Assembly: GCA_045159875.1 (NCBI GenBank)
Contig: CP067995.1
Coordinates: 1,856,001-1,920,000, forward strand
From: a cyanobacterium endosymbiont of Rhopalodia gibba
GTDB taxonomy: Bacteria > Cyanobacteriota > Cyanobacteriia > Cyanobacteriales > Microcystaceae
Direction: 5' to 3'
DNA: 64,000 nt
Shown: in pieces, positions 58,382 to 64,000 of the stretch
Position numbering within the stretch: the first letter of the stretch is position 1
Layout: every line of letters begins with the position of its first letter
Notes under the pieces: model-generated
Database searches by the model: none
Seen by the model: only the letters and a program-made list of their open reading frames with translations
What the model was told of the DNA's origin: nothing
Program-made: the position numbers and the translations under genes

Positions 58382-59830
58382 CTACTTTAACGTTGGTTTT
58401 TGATTATGCCAATCAGTGGCTTGTTCATAAGCGTAACCGACTTGAAATAGTTTCCCCTCTTCTAAAACATTTCCAATCAACTGTAAACCAATTGGCAAGC
58501 CATTTTCGTCGAAACCGCAAGGAATATTCATTCCTGGAAGTCCAGCTAGATTAACAGGAATTGTCGTTAAATCAGACAGATACATACTTAAAGGATCATC
58601 GGTTTTTTCACCTGCTTTAAATGCTGTAGTAGGAGACGTAGGACAAACTAAAACATCAACGGTTTCAAAGGCTTTGTCAAAATCCTGTTTAATTAAAGTA
58701 CGAACTTTTTGCGCTTTTAAATAAAAAGCATCATAGTAACCGGCAGACAACGCATAAGTTCCAATCATAATGCGTCTTTTAACTTCAGGTCCAAAACCTT
58801 TAGCACGAGTTTTAGTGTACATTTCCAAAAGATTTTCTGCTTCTTCTCGAATACCGTATTTAACCGCATCGTAACGGGCTAAATTAGCTGATGCTTCCGA
58901 TGGCGCAATGATATAATAGGCAGGTAACCCGTAGCGGAAATGAGGACAAGAAACTCTCTTAACTTTTGCTCCCAATACTTTTAATTGATCAATAGCGTTA
59001 TTAACGGTTTTAGCAACGACAAGATCTAAACCTTCTTCAAAGGTTTCTTCAATAATGCCAACTGTTAACCCTTTTAAACTTCTTTTAAGAAAGGTAGTAT
59101 AGTCCGGAATAGAAACATTGAGACTGGTAGAGTCTTTAACATCATAACCTGCGATCGCTCCCAATAGAATCGCTGCATCTTCGACACTTCTTGACAACGG
59201 GCCGATTTGATCCAAGGATGATCCATAGGCGATTAACCCAAACCGTGAGACTAGTCCATAAGTCGGTTTTAGTCCGACAACGCCGCAGAAAGAGGCCGGT
59301 TGGCGGATAGATCCTCCTGTATCTGAGCCCAAGGCAACGACGCACTCATCAGCTGCCACTGCCGCTGCAGATCCCCCAGAGGAACCACCTGGAATCCGTT
59401 CGAGATCCCAAGGGTTAGCAGTGACCTGATAGCTGGAATTTTCCGTAGAACTTCCCATGGCAAACTCATCTAAGTTCGTTTTTCCTACTATAACTGCACC
59501 AATTTCCTGTAATTTCCGAGTGACAGTCGATTCGTAGGGAGGAATAAAATTTTCTAATATTCTCGAGGCACAAGTGGTAGGAATACCTGCAGTACAAAGA
59601 TTATCTTTTATACCGATAGGAATGCCCGCTAACAGTCCAATTTCTTCTTTGGCAGCAATTCTTTTATCTACTGCCTTGGCGGTTTCTAAAGCGCAATTTG
59701 CGGTAACACAGAGGAAACTCTTTACCTTTGGTTCTACCATTTTAATGCGTTCTAATACTTCTATAGTAGTTTCGACAGCAGAACGTTCTTTGGTGATTAA
59801 TTGTTTATGTAGTTCGCGGATAGATGTCAT
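58382..59830 (-). CDS. gatA: Asp/Glu-tRNA amidotransferase subunit A
   Basis: [62 protein letters not shown]. Confidence 0.97.
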   Translation of the reverse strand: MTSIRELHKQLITKERSAVETTIEVLERIKMVEPKVKSFLCVTANCALETAKAVDKRIAAKEEIGLLAGIPIGIKDNLCTAGIPTTCASRILENFIPPYESTVTRKLQEIGAVIVGKTNLDEFAMGSSTENSSYQVTANPWDLERIPGGSSGGSAAAVAADECVVALGSDTGGSIRQPASFCGVVGLKPTYGLVSRFGLIAYGSSLDQIGPLSRSVEDAAILLGAIAGYDVKDSTSLNVSIPDYTTFLKRSLKGLTVGIIEETFEEGLDLVVAKTVNNAIDQLKVLGAKVKRVSCPHFRYGLPAYYIIAPSEASANLARYDAVKYGIREEAENLLEMYTKTRAKGFGPEVKRRIMIGTYALSAGYYDAFYLKAQKVRTLIKQDFDKAFETVDVLVCPTSPTTAFKAGEKTDDPLSMYLSDLTTIPVNLAGLPGMNIPCGFDENGLPIGLQLIGNVLEEGKLFQVGYAYEQATDWHNQKPTLK

Positions 59831-60181
59831 AAATATAACCTAATATGTTTTGGATGGGATAACTTAACACTCCAACTCCAACGGGTCAGATAATACTAGC
59901 ATTAAATGCTATCATTTTTTAGGGAATGAGTCACTGAGTAATTGACAACTCAAAAGATGCCTTAATTAATCATAATTCTGGCTTGACAATCAAGTCCGAA
60001 TCTCCTATTCTAATCGAGTTAATTTCATAAAAAATAGTGGTATTAAATTAGATAACTTAGACTACTATCTGAAAAACAAAATTTTCTATGACGGATATAA
60101 TAGTTATTAACGTAAACCTATTTATAATAACTATTGTGAGTAGATTTGTATTTTTTATTGTTATTCTTGATAGTGCTACTA

Positions 60182-60218
60182 TGATTATTTTTTAAAAATT
60201 CTTTTTAAAAAATAATCA
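60182..60218. repeat. Palindrome, 17-bp arms, 3-nt spacer
   Basis: TGATTATTTTTTAAAAA ttc TTTTTAAAAAATAATCA. Confidence 0.9.
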
Positions 60219-61644
60219 CGACGTTTTTATAATAGGAGTAGCTAGCCTACGTCTTTTTATTATTTTTGTTTTATTTAAGTTAAAATTCATACAAATCTCC
60301 ATTAGGATAACTATAGTTATTAATAGTTACTTGGCAGCAATTTGATATTCTTGCTATTTTTTTATTCTTTATATATTAGGAACTACCGTAGTAAGTGCCA
60401 ATTCAATGAAAATTCAACCTAACTTATAATCTAGGATGAAATTTATATATTTAAATTTTTATGAACTTCAATTTATTGTTAATATTTTCTACTATAAGAC
60501 CTCATTATTCTATAGCTTTATCAATTAATTGATTTAAGTGGTCCTGATCCTCAGTTTATTTCTTTTAACAAAGAAACTATCTTGAGAAAACTAGTGATGT
60601 TTTATACAGTATATAAATTGAGTTTTTATTTTTTTACTTAAATTTTTTAAATTTTTTTAATTCTTAAGTAAAATATTTAACTTCTGTTTAGAACTAGCTT
60701 TTTAAGCTCTCTATTTTATAATTTTATTTTTTTAAATTATCTTATTGAAGTTTTAGTTATTTTATTAAATTCAACTTATTTATTGCTACTACAGGTTTTA
60801 ATGTTGAATTAATAAACAATATTAATTAATGACATTTATATAAAACTTATAACCATATTTTACCTAAAACTTTAACTATTTTAATGTTTTTTTAGATGTT
60901 CTTATTTATATAAATATTTTACTTACTCGGTTATCTAAATAAACTGACACTACATAACAACTTTTTTGTCTTTTAACTATAGTGATTTCATTAGTTTCTA
61001 ACGATTTTAATTGCTGCTATTTTTTGTGTTTGTGTTGTTTAAACTAAATTTTTAAATATCATTTCTAATCTATTCTTACTTACCTATTTCCTTTAACTCT
61101 TTTTTAAGAGGTACTATTTGAAACTCATTCAAAAATTATTATCTTACATATTTTAGTGCATATTCTTTGTTTAAAAAGTTAGCTTAACTCTTCTATCAGT
61201 TTGCATATATATTGATTAAGTCTCATATAATGATAATTAATATTGAGCTATAAAGCTTTTTCTGCTCAAGGTTAATTTATTATTCTGATGGAGTTTTTCT
61301 ATAATTTTACCCCTAAAAATAAAAATTTATATTTTTTTATTATTTAAAAAATTAGACTATTACTATCTTTTATAAGTTTTCAATAATAGGTAATATTTAG
61401 TTTTTCTCAATTTAGAATCTCATTAATTAGACTACTTTAAGCATTTGATGTAGTTACTATAAAATTAGTAAAAATATGTATTTATTTTAATTAAAATAAA
61501 TACATATTTTTTATTTTTTAATTTCTATAAATAAATTTATAGAAAAATTAACTACTTTAAGAAAAAACCTAGCAATTAATTTTATGGCGTCATAGCGAAT
61601 AAATATTTTTTATTTAATAAATATGTTAGCCTGCTTAACAGGAC

Positions 61645-61683
61645 TTTTTGTAGAGTAGTTTTACCGAAATTACTCTACAAAAA
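61645..61683. repeat. Inverted repeat, 13-bp perfect arms
   Basis: TTTTTGTAGAGTA / TACTCTACAAAAA with a partly pairing loop. Confidence 0.85.
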
Positions 61684-62348
61684 AATTAAATTTTATAAAA
61701 AAAATATTGATAGTTGCATTTAATTTTTTTAAAAATTTAGATTGATTATAAAGTTTTTATAAAAGCTAAATAAGTGATTTTTCTAAGTTACTAAGATTTT
61801 TATAAAGTCATTACTGAAGATAAAAAGACTTTTATTTTTTAAATAATTTAAAACAGTATTAATGGTACTTGATGATAAATTTTTTTAATGTAGAAGTAAT
61901 TTCGATCAATCTTTAATTAATAATCTAAGATTTATACAAATTTAAGCTAAAATATGTGTTTTTAAGTTTTCAAAGAGGGAATATAAAACTATTTATATTA
62001 ACTTTTCTATTGCTATTTTATATTTATTTGAAGCTACTATTTTTAGACATTAAAACTAAATTTTTATCTTGTACAAAATTAATTAAAGCTAATCATTAGT
62101 TATTTGAAAAACTATCAATATCCAATAGACAAATAATTTATCTTAACATATTTTTTAAAGTTATAAGAATTTTAATACTATCTTTTTATGAGAAAGTAAC
62201 AACAGATAAATATCTCTAAAAAGCAATACTTTTATTTAGTTTATTTCAATTATTTGGTTGACTTTTAATATCTTTCGTCAAGTTGTTTTTGACTATAGTC
62301 TATAGGGTTGAGTTGATATAAAAATTAGATCTATAGAATCATTAATTA

Positions 62349-62386
62349 CCAACATTAATTTTGTTTTTGAACAATATTAATGTTGG
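62349..62386. repeat. Near-perfect inverted repeat (17-bp arms, one mismatch, 4-nt loop)
   Basis: CCAACATTAATtTTGTT tttg AACAAtATTAATGTTGG. Confidence 0.85.
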
Positions 62387-62591
62387 CATTACATTAATAT
62401 TGTTATCGTTAAGACTTTAGCTAAAAGTTGGACTATTAACCTAATAGGAGCATCAGCCAGTTTTAAAATCGGAGGTTTTACGGTTATCTTCGTGGTAGAA
62501 TAAGTCCTTGAACAACTACCTCTTTTCTCGAATTAGTTCTGCTCCCTAAGTTCTAGATATTGAAATCCTAGATTAATTAATCTTATATTTA

Positions 62592-63986
62592 TTAAGCTAC
62601 TTCTCCCCCTACCATAACCTCTTTAATCCGTAGGCTTGGTCCCCCACAACCAACAGCTAGACCACTTTGTCCTCCCTTACCACAGCCTCCTGATTCATCC
62701 CAATAAAAATCATTCCCGATCGCCTCAATATTATTTAGTGTTTTAAACACATTCCCTGATAAAGTTACATCTCTGACAGGTTCAGCTAGCTTTCCCTGGC
62801 GAATCATCCAAGCTTCCCCTGCACTAAAAGTAAACATCTCCCCATTTGTCATTCCCCCTAACCAATTTTTGGCATAAATCCCCTCTTGAATATCCGTAAA
62901 TAAATCTTCTACTGGAGTTTTTCCTCGTTCGATCCAAGTGTTTGTCATTCGTACTAAAGGAGAATAATGATAGTTTAAACAACGGGCGTTTCCAGTAGGT
63001 CGTTCATTCAATTTTCCGGCAGTTTCCCGCGAATGTAACCGTCCAACCAAAATCCCATTATGAATTAATTGAGTTTTGGTTGCAGGAACTCCTTCATCAT
63101 CATAAAAATAACTGCCTCTGTGACCTTGAGGAGCAGCCCCATCAAAAATTTGTAGAATCTCAGGTCCAAATTGTCTCCCCATACTCATCAACTTTAAAAG
63201 CTCGGGATTGTCGTATAACATATCCGCTTCAGAAAGGTGTCCAAATGCCTCATGAACAAATAAACCTGTAAGAACAGGGTCTATCACAACTGTATAGTTA
63301 TTTCCCTTCACAGGGGGCAAAACTAAAGCATTCAGCGCGCGTTGGGCTGCTCCTTGCATCTGTTGTTCCAAGCCTATCAAATCTTCATACCCCCGACGAG
63401 ACCCTATAGTTTCCCTTCCTGTTTGTAAGGTTTCGCCACTTCTAGCCGTTGCTGAAAACCGCATTTCCAAATCTGCCCAAGACTGTTTAATCAATGTTCC
63501 TTCAGAGGTGGCCAAAAGAATGTTTTGAGTACTGTCCCTATAGCGAACTGAGGTAGTCGCAATTTGGTTACTCAAACTGCAGAGGATAGCGTTATAATGA
63601 TCACACAGGGCTTTTTTTTGTGCTAAGGGAACCTGGCGAGGATCAGTTCCGGTCAAGGGCAACTGACAGTCGATCTGGACGGGTTCAATGGGAGCTAATC
63701 GAGTTTCCTCATCCCCCACCAAACGTGCTGCTGCAACCACCTCTTCCACTCGCTGGTTTAGAGTTGATAATTCATTGAAGGTGGCAAAACCCCATCCTCC
63801 TCTGTAACAGGCTCTGACTTGACCTCCACTAGCAATACCTTCACTCAGAGTGTCTATTTTATTCCCTCGCAATATAATATTTGTCTCTTCAGAGTATTCG
63901 ACCCGAATTGCTAAAAAATCTACGCGATCGCGGTAACGGTGGATGATTTCTGTTAATCGATTTTTGTAGGTAGTAATCTCAGTCAT
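62592..63986 (-). CDS. tldD: TldD/PmbA-family metalloprotease (TldD type)
   Basis: HEAFGHLSEAD (HExxxH), YDDEG, PTGNAR, RMTNT, CGKGGQ..V..GGP. Confidence 0.9.
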   Translation of the reverse strand: MTEITTYKNRLTEIIHRYRDRVDFLAIRVEYSEETNIILRGNKIDTLSEGIASGGQVRACYRGGWGFATFNELSTLNQRVEEVVAAARLVGDEETRLAPIEPVQIDCQLPLTGTDPRQVPLAQKKALCDHYNAILCSLSNQIATTSVRYRDSTQNILLATSEGTLIKQSWADLEMRFSATARSGETLQTGRETIGSRRGYEDLIGLEQQMQGAAQRALNALVLPPVKGNNYTVVIDPVLTGLFVHEAFGHLSEADMLYDNPELLKLMSMGRQFGPEILQIFDGAAPQGHRGSYFYDDEGVPATKTQLIHNGILVGRLHSRETAGKLNERPTGNARCLNYHYSPLVRMTNTWIERGKTPVEDLFTDIQEGIYAKNWLGGMTNGEMFTFSAGEAWMIRQGKLAEPVRDVTLSGNVFKTLNNIEAIGNDFYWDESGGCGKGGQSGLAVGCGGPSLRIKEVMVGGEVA

Positions 63987-64000
63987 AGAGGCAGCCGTAG

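Noticed and set aside
19095..62386. Palindromes as a MITE/REP family or CRISPR repeats
   Set aside because: No shared sequence, no regular spacing, and no spacers or cas genes
551..63271. Short ORF-track entries (60-130 aa) overlapping real genes or lying in AT-rich spacers, e.g. 551-736, 4329-4625, 7316-7755, 9231-9425, 23865-24065, 37924-38142, 44753-44983, 49205-49594
   Set aside because: Antisense or alternate-frame shadows of genes, pseudogenes or IS fossils, or low-complexity I/L/F/N/K-rich chance ORFs

Overview
64 kb of an AT-rich, heavily eroded cyanobacterial chromosome. About 29 intact, Cyanothece/Crocosphaera-like CDS cover only ~30 kb (~47%, summed from ORF lengths) and are separated by 1-4 kb AT-rich spacers full of gene fossils. 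This pattern suggests a reduced endosymbiont, most plausibly a rhopalodiacean diatom spheroid body/diazoplast (inference; not provable from this window). Intact genes: peptide ABC permease, apt, DUF3038/DUF4335, speD, glpK, pta-family, SelO/YdiU, MPBQ/MSBQ methyltransferase, mrdA, GT2, RsbU-like phosphatase, argH, DUF815 ATPase, SWIM protein, VanY-type peptidase, malic enzyme, pntA1/pntA2/pntB, modA, obgE, TerB/Mo-nitrogenase-C protein, L,D-transpeptidase, SLH/OprB porin, gatA and tldD. Features missing from the ORF track: tmRNA (ssrA), a probable Yfr2 sRNA upstream of glpK, pseudogenes of ppsA, ebsA and a GT4-GT2 polysaccharide pair, three IS982 fossils and two IS630 fossils. Many long, sequence-unrelated palindromes (up to a perfect 44 bp) are also present; some lie inside dead coding sequence, which suggests palindrome-perfecting mutagenesis. 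I saw no CRISPR array, tRNA, rRNA or intact mobile element, and no clear novel multi-gene system.
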